A stretch of DNA of 40,944 nucleotides. Source: Candidatus Ornithomonoglobus sp. (GTDB lineage: Bacteria > Bacillota > Clostridia > UBA1381). The notes beneath the pieces were generated by a model. That model was not told where the DNA came from. It saw only the letters and a list, made by a program, of their open reading frames with translations, and searched no databases. This document shows positions 26,187 through 35,174 of the stretch, one piece after another (position 1 is the stretch's first letter; each line of letters opens with the position of its first letter). The stretch lies in assembly GCA_051877395.1 (NCBI GenBank), contig JBJEIV010000326.1, positions 1-40,944 on the forward strand, written 5' to 3'. The translations under genes and the position numbers were made by a program.

Positions 26187-26306
26187 TATATAGCATGCAT
26201 TAAGTACTTCGTATTTTAATAGTACTTAATGCATGCGCTGAATGCCTCTTTTCACTAAGTTTTCTTCATTGCATTGACTATAGAAAACTTAGTGAAAAGC
26301 ATATAT
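26187..26306 (+). repeat. Double-hairpin intergenic repeat, copy B
   Basis: Same orientation and architecture as 9103-9222. Perfect 15-bp stem (26193-26207 / 26222-26236) and perfect 17-bp stem (26248-26264 / 26283-26299). It lies between convergent genes. Confidence 0.85.
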
Positions 26307-26319
26307 TTCCGCTTTATAT

Positions 26320-27921
26320 TTATCTTTCGTGTCTTGCGTACTTCGGCAGCAGCAGCGGTGATACATCGCCTGTATCTATGCCCGCAGCCTGAAGCTCTCC
26401 GGCATAATCCTCAATATGCTTTAACGTGAGCGCGCCAAGCTCGACTTCCTTTGACCTTGCAGCCGCAGCCTTGCCCGCGTTGCGTCCGAATACTATAATA
26501 TCAAGGAGCGAGTTGCCCATAAGACGGTTGCGTCCGTGGATTCCGCCCACCGCCTCGCCGGCTACGAGAAGATTGTCTATAGCCTTTGTGAAGCCGTCGC
26601 CGCCGATTTCAAGACCGCCGTTCTGATAGTGAAGCGTCGGATATACGAGAATAGGAACCTTTCTCATGTCTATATCATAGTTGAGATACATTCTCAGCAT
26701 TGCCGGTATTCTCTTTTCTATTGTTCCCTCGCCGCCGATTCTCTCAATCATAGGTGTGTCAAGCCATACGCCTGAGCCAAGCGGTGTTGTAACGCCCTTG
26801 CCGCGGTCTGTGCATTCTCTTATGATAGACGCGGCCGAAACATCTCTTGTTTCAAGCGGATGCATGAACGCCTCACCGTCAACATTGACAAGCATTGCGC
26901 CGAGTGAGCGTACCTTTTCCGTTACAAGCGCGCCGAATATCTGCGAGGGATATGCAACGCCTGTCGGATGATACTGTATCGTGTCCTGATAGAGCAGCGG
27001 AGCGCCCGCTCTGTAGCCAAGCACAAGTCCGTCCGCCGTCGCGCCGTAATGGTTTGAGGTCGGGAAGTTCTGATAGTGCATTCTTCCCGCGCCGCCTGTC
27101 GCAATTATTACCGTCTTTGCGCGCGCAACCATGTAGTCGCCCGTTTCCATGTTCAGAAGAACCGCGCCCGCAACGCGACCGTTTTCGTCCTTTATAAGCT
27201 CAACCGCCGATGTGAACTCAATTACAGGTATCTTTCTGTTTATTACCTCGTCACGGAGCGTTCTCATGATTTCCGCGCCCGAATAGTCCTTGCACGCGTG
27301 CATTCTCTTTCTTGAGGTTCCGCCGCCGTGAGTTGTTACCATGTCGCCATCATCATTCTTGTCAAACATTACGCCAAGCTCGTTGAGCCACTTTATAGCA
27401 TCCGGCGCCTCCATTACAAGTCTCTTTAAAAGCTCAGGTCTTGCGGCAAAGTGTCCGCCGCCGAACGCGTCAAGATAATGCTGTACCGGTGAATCATTCG
27501 GCTTGTCCGCCGCCTGAATACCTCCCTCTGCCATCATTGTGTTCGCGTCGCCTATACGGAGCTTTGTCACTATCATAACATCAGCGCCCGCCTCGTTTGC
27601 CTCGATAGCCGCCGACGCGCCCGCGCCGCCGCCGCCGATTATGAGAACGTCCGTGTCATAATCTATCTTATTAAGATCAATATCAACGCCCAACAGACGG
27701 CTGTTTGAATGGAGAAGGTTTGCAAGCTCCTGCGGAGCCTTCTCTCCCTTGTTCGGGCCTATCTTTATTTCATCAAAAGCCTCTGTTCTGTAGTCAGGAT
27801 GATATGCCTTTAAAAGCTCGTCCTTTTCCTCCGCAGTCATTCTGCGCGGCTCTGTGCCCATACGCGCGTCACGCGTAGCCTCGACCTTTTTGATGGATTC
27901 CATCATTTCCGGTGTAAACAT
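26320..27921 (-). CDS. FAD-dependent flavoprotein of the succinate dehydrogenase / fumarate reductase / AprA / NadB superfamily, with an N-terminal extension of about 85 aa
   Basis: 533 aa. The dinucleotide fold DVLIIGGGGAGASAA begins only near residue 91. It has an MAEGGIQAA motif with no His at the covalent-FAD position. The C-terminal region has GEAVGGIHGRNRLMGNSLLD. Confidence 0.8.
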   Translation of the reverse strand: MFTPEMMESIKKVEATRDARMGTEPRRMTAEEKDELLKAYHPDYRTEAFDEIKIGPNKGEKAPQELANLLHSNSRLLGVDIDLNKIDYDTDVLIIGGGGAGASAAIEANEAGADVMIVTKLRIGDANTMMAEGGIQAADKPNDSPVQHYLDAFGGGHFAARPELLKRLVMEAPDAIKWLNELGVMFDKNDDGDMVTTHGGGTSRKRMHACKDYSGAEIMRTLRDEVINRKIPVIEFTSAVELIKDENGRVAGAVLLNMETGDYMVARAKTVIIATGGAGRMHYQNFPTSNHYGATADGLVLGYRAGAPLLYQDTIQYHPTGVAYPSQIFGALVTEKVRSLGAMLVNVDGEAFMHPLETRDVSAASIIRECTDRGKGVTTPLGSGVWLDTPMIERIGGEGTIEKRIPAMLRMYLNYDIDMRKVPILVYPTLHYQNGGLEIGGDGFTKAIDNLLVAGEAVGGIHGRNRLMGNSLLDIIVFGRNAGKAAAARSKEVELGALTLKHIEDYAGELQAAGIDTGDVSPLLLPKYARHER

Positions 27922-27937
27922 TTATATCATCCCTCCT

Positions 27938-28612
27938 TTATTTCTCGATTTCTCTATTGTTATACAGTTCCTGCATTTCTGTTATCGGCTTCTGCATGAT
28001 CTGCTCTATAAGACCGTCATACTCGCCGCGGTTGATCTCAGCAACGCGCTCTGTAAGATGCTTTGATTCGGGCGCTATGTACTTTCCTGTAAGACGTCTT
28101 GCGAGAAGTCCTACCATCGGATGCGAGATCCCCGCCGGACAGCGCACCGAGCAGCAACCGCAGCCCACGCAGTCAAACGACAGCTCCGCGCACTTCTCAA
28201 AGTCGCCGCGCTGCGCGTACGCTATGTACTGCATAACACTCAGTCCCTGTGTACATGCCTTTGTACAGGCGTTGCAGCCTATACAGCTGTATATTTCGGG
28301 ATAAAGCTCCATCATAACCTGCTGATTCGGCTTTAAGTCCTCTATGTCATATGTTCTCTTGTCTGTCGGGAAGAACGGAATGCTTGCAACATACATTCCC
28401 TCCTGCACCTGTGTCTGACACGCAAGACAGGTTTTAAGCTCATTCTGTCCCTTTATTCTGTATATGGTAGCGCACGCGCCGCAGAAGCCGTGACGGCAGC
28501 CGCAGCCGCGCTTTAAGGTGTATCCGGCATACTCCATGGCAGTCATAATTGTCAGGCTGTCCGGCACACTGTAGCGCTTACCGAAAAAATATACGTTAAC
28601 CATGTTTTCCAT
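27938..28612 (-). CDS. SdhB/FrdB-like iron-sulfur subunit ([2Fe-2S] plus two cubane-type cluster motifs)
   Basis: 224 aa. Motifs: CRHGFCGAC...C (C-x4-C-x2-C-x14-C), CIGCNACTKAC and CVGCGCCSVRCP. Confidence 0.75.
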   Translation of the reverse strand: MENMVNVYFFGKRYSVPDSLTIMTAMEYAGYTLKRGCGCRHGFCGACATIYRIKGQNELKTCLACQTQVQEGMYVASIPFFPTDKRTYDIEDLKPNQQVMMELYPEIYSCIGCNACTKACTQGLSVMQYIAYAQRGDFEKCAELSFDCVGCGCCSVRCPAGISHPMVGLLARRLTGKYIAPESKHLTERVAEINRGEYDGLIEQIMQKPITEMQELYNNREIEK

Positions 28613-28627
28613 GTTGATTCCTCCTAC

Positions 28628-29482
28628 TTAATACTCGTCCGGCAGCTCGTCTATCTGGTCAAAGCGGAATACCGGTCCGTCCTTGCAGACATACTTTGAG
28701 CCGATATTGCAGCGGCCGCATTTGCCTATTCCGCACTTCATACGCAGCTCCAGCGTTGTGTATACCTGCTCGTCTGTAAAGCCTAAATCCTTCAGCCCCT
28801 GCAATACAAATTTAATCATTATCGGAGGTCCGCACACGAGAGCAACTCTGTCCGTATCAAAGCCGATTTCGCTAAGATATGCAGGAACAAAGCCCACATG
28901 ACCGTCCCAGCCCTCCTGCTCGCGATCGATCGTGAGGTACACATTAACATCCTCTGCCTTGCTCCATACCTCCCGGATTTCCTCAAGCTTTACAAGGTCG
29001 TCTGCCGAGCGTGAGCCGTAGAGTATATCCACCTTACCGTAATCGGCGCGGTTGTCAAGCACATAATTTATTACCGAACGGAGCGGCGCAAGTCCGATAC
29101 CTCCCGCGATAAACAGAAGATTTTTCCCTTTCAGTTTATCCTCAACCGGGAAGTGGTTGCCGTAGGGCCCTCTTACGGTTATCTCGTCGCCCTCCTGCAA
29201 ATCGTGGAGATAGCTTGTAAGGTCACCGCACTTCTTTATACTAAATTCCTGAAATTCCTTGTTTGTCGGTGACGAGGTTATCGAGAACATTCCCTCGCTT
29301 ATGCCCGGAACACAGAGCATCGCGCACTGTCCCGGCATATGCTCAAACAGCTTGCCGCCCTCGGGAGCGGTTACGCAGAAGGTCTTTACATCCGGTGTTT
29401 CCCGGGTGATCTTTGTTATAACGCCTACCTTCGGAATAAGGGTATCGAGCGCATAATTCTTATGGCAATTACATTCACTCAT
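28628..29482 (-). CDS. FlxA-like FAD/NAD(P)-binding oxidoreductase with C-terminal [2Fe-2S] (AsrB / sulfhydrogenase-gamma type)
   Basis: Ferredoxin-reductase-type fold (FSITSSP, LLFIAGGIGLAPL) with C-terminal CGIGKCGRCNIGSKYVCKDGPVF. The ATG at 29482 (MSECN) follows AGGAGG and sits 1 nt after the upstream stop. Confidence 0.8.
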   Translation of the reverse strand: MSECNCHKNYALDTLIPKVGVITKITRETPDVKTFCVTAPEGGKLFEHMPGQCAMLCVPGISEGMFSITSSPTNKEFQEFSIKKCGDLTSYLHDLQEGDEITVRGPYGNHFPVEDKLKGKNLLFIAGGIGLAPLRSVINYVLDNRADYGKVDILYGSRSADDLVKLEEIREVWSKAEDVNVYLTIDREQEGWDGHVGFVPAYLSEIGFDTDRVALVCGPPIMIKFVLQGLKDLGFTDEQVYTTLELRMKCGIGKCGRCNIGSKYVCKDGPVFRFDQIDELPDEY

Positions 29483-29483
29483 A

Positions 29484-30512
29484 TCATTTACCCTCCTTTT
29501 CAAACGCCTTTATAACCTTAACTATGTTAAGCGATGACGGACACTTATCAACACATCGTCCGCAGCCCGTGCAGGAGAACATTCCGTCGTTATTTGTCGG
29601 ATAATATACAAGCTTGTGCATAAATCTCTGTCTGAAGCGCTGCATCTGGCTTGTTCTGTTGTTGCCGTGCGCCATCATTGTGAAGTCGGAATACATACAT
29701 GAATCCCAGCAGCGGTAACGCTTTACTCCGTGACCCGTGTCATAGTCCTTTATATCATAGCACTGACAGGTCGGACATACAAAGGTACAGGTTCCGCACG
29801 CAAGACAAGGCTTGTATAGATCCTCCCATATGGGTGAGTTAAAGCGTTCAAGCTTATCATCTCTGCCCCAGCCCTCAAGCGAGAGGCGCATATTCGGGAT
29901 TTTTTCGACTATGCTCTTTATTTCAGCCTTTTTATCATTAACAGCTGCATCGTCCGCTTCCTCAAGAAGCTCTTTGACCTGCTCCGTAAGTCTTTCGCCC
30001 TTTTCGGTTACCGGCTTCCAGAACAGCTCATCACCGACAAGCCATGTAACGACATCGGCTCCCTCCGGCTCGGAGCAGTCCGTTCCGAACACCTTGCAGA
30101 AGCAGCTCAGCTCCGGCTCATTGCAGGCAAGCGCAACTATTGTGCCGTGCTCTCTGCGTGCCGCGTAAAAGGTATCTACAGGCTCGGCTAAGAATACCCT
30201 GTCAAGTACCTCCACACCGTGAACGTCGCAGCCCCTCATGCCGAATACCACAAAGCTCTCGTTTATAAGCTCCTCCGGCTCTATTCTGATTTTCTTTCCG
30301 TCTCTTATACAGGTATAAAGCGTTTCGCTCTGCGGGAAAAACGCGTCCTTTGCCGATTTAACGGTTTTAAGCGTTTGGATATCGACCTCCGCGCCCTCTG
30401 TCCACGGCGCAAAGTTTGTCTGCCCCGCTCTTTTTATCGGAAGATACAGCGCATTTTCCCCGGCGATCGCCTTATACAGCTGCGGGAGGCTTGCTTTTGC
30501 TGTTTTGTACAT
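29484..30512 (-). CDS. FlxB-like 4Fe-4S protein (AsrA / sulfhydrogenase-beta type)
   Basis: 342 aa with the motifs CLACGTCTFVCPTCQCYD and CTGCGRCVDKCP. Confidence 0.75.
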   Translation of the reverse strand: MYKTAKASLPQLYKAIAGENALYLPIKRAGQTNFAPWTEGAEVDIQTLKTVKSAKDAFFPQSETLYTCIRDGKKIRIEPEELINESFVVFGMRGCDVHGVEVLDRVFLAEPVDTFYAARREHGTIVALACNEPELSCFCKVFGTDCSEPEGADVVTWLVGDELFWKPVTEKGERLTEQVKELLEEADDAAVNDKKAEIKSIVEKIPNMRLSLEGWGRDDKLERFNSPIWEDLYKPCLACGTCTFVCPTCQCYDIKDYDTGHGVKRYRCWDSCMYSDFTMMAHGNNRTSQMQRFRQRFMHKLVYYPTNNDGMFSCTGCGRCVDKCPSSLNIVKVIKAFEKEGK

Positions 30513-30527
30513 AACTGCGGCACCTCC

Positions 30528-31490
30528 TCATATTGAACCCGGCTCCGCGTCCTCGAACGTGAAGCTCGTAAGCGGTGTTCTTTCCTCATCTCCGGCACCC
30601 GCCGTGTAATCGCCGTAGAGGGTATTTATATCCTTAATGAACTTGCGGTTAAACAGGTGAAGCGGAATGCCCTGCGGACATACTCTGCTGCACTCGCCGC
30701 AGTCGGTACAGCGTCCCGCAACATGAAACGCGCGTATGATGTGGAACATCTTTTCCTCGAAGGAATCAACATTTGCCTTCTGCGCGCTGTCAAACTTTGT
30801 GCTGTCAAATACGCACTTGCGGCATGAGCATGCCGGACAGACGTTCCTGCACGCGTTGCAGCGTATGCACTTTGAAAGCTCGCCTTGGAAGAAGGCGAAT
30901 TTCTCCTCCGGTGACATTGCCTCAATTCTTTCAACCTCGGCAAAGCGGTCCGCGTCAACGGTATCGGCAGAATCGCCGATAAGCTCGTCATATATAACGT
31001 GCTCCTTGCCCTTGCATACATGGCAGCGTTCAAGCATAGCGTCCTTATACGCGCAGGTTTTCTCACCCGTGAGCGTTTCCATTGTGAGAGTGTCGCAGGC
31101 ATCGCTAAGCTCCGCGCCCTTAACATCAAGGACATTCTTAATTCCGAGAGAATTAATTTTGTCTATGCTCAGCTTGCCCTTGCAGCCGACGCCTATAATA
31201 TACGCCTTGTCCCTGTCAACTCTGTGCTCCTTTATAAGCTGCTTAAAGCTGTAGCTGTCGCACGGCTTTAAGAAAACAAGCGTTTTCCCCTCAAGCTTTG
31301 AAGCCTCTATCATATATTTGCTGAGGTTAGCTCCGCAGAAGCCGTTGTATACAAGCTCCGAAAGGCTCTCCTCATCATTAAAATATGCCGGCTCGGGATT
31401 GTACGGCAGGTCGCCCCTTCTCCAGCCGAGAACGCGCGCAACCGTGCCGTCGGATAAAAGCTCCTTTGCGCGGTTTATCAGTTCCTGCAT
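30528..31490 (-). CDS. FlxC-like 4Fe-4S dicluster protein
   Basis: 320 aa with the motifs CIRCNACRNVCPACSC and CTDCGECSRVCP. It overlaps the upstream gene end by 13 nt. Confidence 0.7.
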   Translation of the reverse strand: MQELINRAKELLSDGTVARVLGWRRGDLPYNPEPAYFNDEESLSELVYNGFCGANLSKYMIEASKLEGKTLVFLKPCDSYSFKQLIKEHRVDRDKAYIIGVGCKGKLSIDKINSLGIKNVLDVKGAELSDACDTLTMETLTGEKTCAYKDAMLERCHVCKGKEHVIYDELIGDSADTVDADRFAEVERIEAMSPEEKFAFFQGELSKCIRCNACRNVCPACSCRKCVFDSTKFDSAQKANVDSFEEKMFHIIRAFHVAGRCTDCGECSRVCPQGIPLHLFNRKFIKDINTLYGDYTAGAGDEERTPLTSFTFEDAEPGSI

Positions 31491-31921
31491 CTCAGATCCC
31501 CCAATCTTACGTTTTTGCCGAGTGAGCGGATTTTCTCAACGAACTCGTTCATCGTCTGCGAGAACTTTACGCCCTCCGCAGCCGAAACCCATTCAACTCT
31601 TGTTCTTCCGTGCTCAACGCCTATAAAGTCAAGCATTGAGAACAGAAGCGTCATTCTTCTTCTCGCATAATAGTTGCCTGTGCTGTAGTGACAGTCGCCG
31701 GGATGGCAGCCGCACATTATCACGCCGTCAGCGCCCTTTTCAAAGGCTCTTAAAATAAACATCGGATTTACACGGCATGAGCATGGTACGCGGATTATCT
31801 TTACGTCAGCCGGATAGCCAAGACGGCTGCTGCCCGCCAGATCCGCTCCGGCATAGCTGCACCAGTTACAGCAGAATGCAACAATTTTAGGTCTGAATTC
31901 CTCTTTTTCATTTATCGGCAT
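31478..31921 (-). CDS. mvhD: MvhD/FlxD-type (methyl-viologen-reducing hydrogenase delta subunit) protein
   Basis: IVAFCCNWCSYAGADLAG...IIRVPCSCRVNP...GADGVIMCGCHPGDCHY is the MvhD signature. The ATG at 31921 (MPINEK) follows GGAGGTGG and overlaps the hdrA stop. Confidence 0.85.
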   Translation of the reverse strand: MPINEKEEFRPKIVAFCCNWCSYAGADLAGSSRLGYPADVKIIRVPCSCRVNPMFILRAFEKGADGVIMCGCHPGDCHYSTGNYYARRRMTLLFSMLDFIGVEHGRTRVEWVSAAEGVKFSQTMNEFVEKIRSLGKNVRLGDLRCRN

Positions 31922-33900
31922 ATCGCGTCCACCTCCGCTGTAAGCTGTCTGTTTGAGAAGCCCTGAAGATCCATCGCGCCCGACGGACATGTAACGGTAC
32001 AAGCGCCGCAGCCCTGGCAGAGCGCGTTGTTTACGACCGCAACACGGCGTGTTTCGCGTATTCCGTGGTCATTTACCTGCTTCTCCTCATATGAAATCGC
32101 GCCGTAAGGACAAACGTTTGCGCACTGTGAACAGCCGTTGCACAGCAGCTCGTCAGACTTTGCCGTACATGGGTTAGTCATAAGCTTATCCTTTGCAAGC
32201 AGTCCTATCGCCTTGACCGCCGCAGCGCCTGCCTGTGATACCGTTTCCGGAATATCCTTAGGTCCCTGACATACGCCCGAAAGAAATACTCCGGCTGTAG
32301 GCGATTCTACAGGGCGAAGCTTCGGATGCGCTTCTGTCAGGAAGTTGTTTGTATCAATGCTTGCAGTAAGCATTGTCGCTATTTTTCTTACCGATGATGA
32401 AGGCTCAATGGCTGCCGCAAGGACTACCATATCCGCGCTTATCATCAGCTGCTTGTTATCTATTAAGTCAGAGCCGTATACCGTAAGGCTTCCGTCCGGC
32501 TCCGGGCAGACCTTGCCGACCTGTCCCTTTATATAATTTACTCCGTATTCCTCAACGGCGCGTCTGTAGAACTCGTCAAAGTTCTTGCCCGGAGTTCTGA
32601 CGTCTATATAGAATACCGTTACGTTTACATCCGGGTACTTATCTCTTATGAGCATCGCGTGCTTTGCGGTATACATACAGCATATCTTTGAGCAGTAGCT
32701 CTTGCCGCGGTCATCCGAGCAGCGGCTTCCGACACACTGAACAAATACGATATTCTTAGGCGCCTTGCCGTCGGAAAGTCTTTCAAGATGTCCCTTTGTA
32801 GGACCTGCGGCGTTCATGATACGCTCCAGCTCAAGCGAGGTTATTACGTCCTCGCTCTGCGAATACGCGTATTCGTCATATTTGTCAAGCTTTATAACGT
32901 CAAAGCCTGTCGCAACCACGATCGCGCCGTACTTCTCCGTGATTATCTCGTCCTTCTGAGTGTAATCTATCGCGCCCGCCGCGCATACCGTTGAGCAAAG
33001 TCCGCACTTTCCTGTCTTAAACTTTATACACGCCTCGCGGTCGATTACCGGAACATTCGGGATAGCCTGCGCGAACGGCGTATAAATCGCGGTTCTGTTG
33101 TTAAGTCCGCGGTTGAACTCGCTCGGTGTTTTCTTTGACGGACACTTTTCCTGACAGGCGCCGCAGCCTGTGCACTTATCCATGTCAACGCTTCTTGCCT
33201 TCTTGCGTATATCAACCGTGAAATCACCCACAAAGCCGGTTACCTTTTCAACCTCGCTGTAGGTGTATATATTGATATTTTCATGCGCCGCTGCCTCAAC
33301 CATTTTCGGCGTAAGAATACAAGCCGAGCAGTCAAGCGTCGGGAAGGTCTTGTCAAGCTGCGACATCCTGCCGCCTATTGACGGTGTTTTCTCGACAATA
33401 TCAACCGGATAACCCGCGTCCGCTATGTCAAGCGCGGTCTGTATTCCGGCAATACCGCCGCCTATTACAAGCGCTCTCTTTGTAACTCTGCTCTCGCCCG
33501 GCTTTAACGGCGCGTTAAGGTTAACCTTTGCAACCGCCGCCCTCATAAGTATTACTGCCTTCTTTGTCGCTTCCTCAATATCCTTATGTATCCATGAGCA
33601 GTGCTCGCGTATGTTTGCGATCTCGACCATGTACGGATTTATACCGGCGCGCTCTGCGCAGGTTCTAAAAGTCGCCTCGTGCATTCTCGGTGAGCATGAG
33701 CAGACTACTATTCCCGTAAGTCCCTTTTCTTCGATTGCCTGAGCGATCTTCGCCTGTCCCGCCTCGGAGCACATATACTGATAGTCCTCGGCATGAACAA
33801 CTCCCGGCTCCATAAGAGCCATTTCAGCTACCTTTTTAACGTCTACAGTCGCCGCGATATTACTTCCGCAGTGGCAGACAAAAACTCCTATTCTCTGCAC
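31912..33900 (-). CDS. hdrA: HdrA-like heterodisulfide reductase subunit A (FAD, multiple Fe-S clusters)
   Basis: 662 aa. N-terminal IGVFVCHCGSNI, FAD fold ALVIGGGIAGIQTALD, ferredoxin inserts CTGCGACQEKCP, and C-terminal CNGCSQCANVCP plus CQGCGACTVTCP. GTG start 8 nt after AGGAGG. Confidence 0.9.
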   Translation of the reverse strand: MQRIGVFVCHCGSNIAATVDVKKVAEMALMEPGVVHAEDYQYMCSEAGQAKIAQAIEEKGLTGIVVCSCSPRMHEATFRTCAERAGINPYMVEIANIREHCSWIHKDIEEATKKAVILMRAAVAKVNLNAPLKPGESRVTKRALVIGGGIAGIQTALDIADAGYPVDIVEKTPSIGGRMSQLDKTFPTLDCSACILTPKMVEAAAHENINIYTYSEVEKVTGFVGDFTVDIRKKARSVDMDKCTGCGACQEKCPSKKTPSEFNRGLNNRTAIYTPFAQAIPNVPVIDREACIKFKTGKCGLCSTVCAAGAIDYTQKDEIITEKYGAIVVATGFDVIKLDKYDEYAYSQSEDVITSLELERIMNAAGPTKGHLERLSDGKAPKNIVFVQCVGSRCSDDRGKSYCSKICCMYTAKHAMLIRDKYPDVNVTVFYIDVRTPGKNFDEFYRRAVEEYGVNYIKGQVGKVCPEPDGSLTVYGSDLIDNKQLMISADMVVLAAAIEPSSSVRKIATMLTASIDTNNFLTEAHPKLRPVESPTAGVFLSGVCQGPKDIPETVSQAGAAAVKAIGLLAKDKLMTNPCTAKSDELLCNGCSQCANVCPYGAISYEEKQVNDHGIRETRRVAVVNNALCQGCGACTVTCPSGAMDLQGFSNRQLTAEVDAICR

Positions 33901-33977
33901 TTAATTCACCTCCTACGCTATTTGTTCGCAAGCGAACATAGCTATTAAATGTTTTTCAAACATTTAATTCACCTCCT
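33898..33977. repeat. Palindromic mini-insertion flanked by 14-bp direct repeats in the hdrC-hdrA junction
   Basis: TTAATTCACCTCCT occurs at 33901-33914 and 33964-33977. Between the copies are two hairpins: GCTATTTGTTCGC/GCGAACATAGC (33917-33942) and ATTAAATGTTT/AAACATTTAAT (33944-33968). Confidence 0.7.
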
Positions 33978-34358
33978 GTAGCGTCTGAACGCGCTTACCA
34001 GAAGCTGCTGCGGAATATCCTCGTCCAGAAGCTCTGGTATCTCATCGGGCGTTAAATAATCTCCGCCCTGCTGTCTTATTACTATCTGTCTTGCCGCGTC
34101 TATAAGCTTGCCTGGCTTTACGTCGCGCGGACAGCGCTGTACACACGCAAAGCAGGAAAGACAATGCCACAGCGATTTTGAATTTACAAGCGCGTCAATA
34201 TCGTTATTCAGCACATACGACACAAACTGATGCGGCTTTATATCCATCGCGTCAAAGCTGGGGCATGTTGCCGAGCACTTGCCGCACTTCATGCACTTGT
34301 ACGGATTTACTCCGCTTATTTCGCGGATCTGCTCCGCCGTTAAATCCTTTTTATTCAT
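33969..34358 (-). CDS. hdrC: HdrC-like 4Fe-4S subunit
   Basis: 129 aa with CMKCGKCSATCP and CLSCFACVQRCP. It overlaps the hdrB end by 8 nt. Confidence 0.8.
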   Translation of the reverse strand: MNKKDLTAEQIREISGVNPYKCMKCGKCSATCPSFDAMDIKPHQFVSYVLNNDIDALVNSKSLWHCLSCFACVQRCPRDVKPGKLIDAARQIVIRQQGGDYLTPDEIPELLDEDIPQQLLVSAFRRYRR

Positions 34359-35148
34359 TATCCGCAGCCTCCTTTACTCCAAGCGCCTCAGCAAGAAGCT
34401 CCGTAAAATAGTATACGGGAAGCTTTGCCCCTGTGCTCTTGTTAAGGTTATACATACAGAGCGGGCAGGCGGTTATGAGCAGCTCCGCGCCGAAGCCCTT
34501 CGCGCTGTCGGTAATCTGGGCGCAAAGCTCCTTTGCGCGTTCCCTTTCCTTTAACGATATGTAACCGCCGCAGCACTCGTTGCGGTACGGATAGACAACA
34601 GGCTCCGCGCCTATAGCTCTTATAAAATCCTCTATTATTGTCGGATTTTCCGGATCGTCAAATGCCATGAGCTTTCCCGGTCTTAACAGCAGACAGCCGT
34701 AATACGCGCCTATCTTTCTGCCTTTAAGAGGATTTACCACCCTTTTCTTCAGCTCGTCAAAGCCTACGCGGTCACGAAGCACCTCCAGGAAATGAAGCAC
34801 ATTCGTTTCACCCTCATAAGGCTTATCAAGCTGCATATAATTGTTGGCGCGCGTCCTTATGTCCTCGACATTCTTCATGTCGTCATTTACACGCTTTAAA
34901 ACGTGATGACACGCCGAGCACAGCGTCACAAGCTCCTGTCCCCTATCCCTCGCGGCGGCAAGATTGCGCACGGACGCGAGCTTTGTCGCTATTTCGTCAT
35001 TTCCGAGAGGATATACTCCCCCGCAGCACTGCCATTCCTCTATTTCCTCTAATCCGAAGCCCAGCGCCCGAGCGGAAGCGCGGGCATACTTATCCAAAGC
35101 CTGCGCCTTATTCTTTAAGGTACATCCGGGATAATAACTGTATGTCAT
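34351..35148 (-). CDS. hdrB: HdrB-like subunit (two CCG cysteine-rich domains)
   Basis: 265 aa. YYPGCTL start, CCGG at residues about 41-44 and CCGGY near residue 194, plus TLCSACH and TACPLC motifs typical of CCG domains. Confidence 0.85.
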   Translation of the reverse strand: MTYSYYPGCTLKNKAQALDKYARASARALGFGLEEIEEWQCCGGVYPLGNDEIATKLASVRNLAAARDRGQELVTLCSACHHVLKRVNDDMKNVEDIRTRANNYMQLDKPYEGETNVLHFLEVLRDRVGFDELKKRVVNPLKGRKIGAYYGCLLLRPGKLMAFDDPENPTIIEDFIRAIGAEPVVYPYRNECCGGYISLKERERAKELCAQITDSAKGFGAELLITACPLCMYNLNKSTGAKLPVYYFTELLAEALGVKEAADNE

Positions 35149-35174
35149 GTTATTACTGCTGCTCCTTTCTGAAA

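Noticed and set aside
9103-26306. CRISPR array interpretation of the repeated sequences
   Set aside because: Each repeat family has only two or three copies, 17-38 kb apart. There is no regular repeat-spacer periodicity and no cas genes. These are dispersed structured repeats, not CRISPR.
28628-30512. Anaerobic sulfite reductase (asrAB) interpretation of the FlxB/FlxA-like genes
   Set aside because: No AsrC (siroheme) gene follows. The genes are embedded between mvhD/flxC and hdr genes. The FlxABCD context therefore fits better than Asr.
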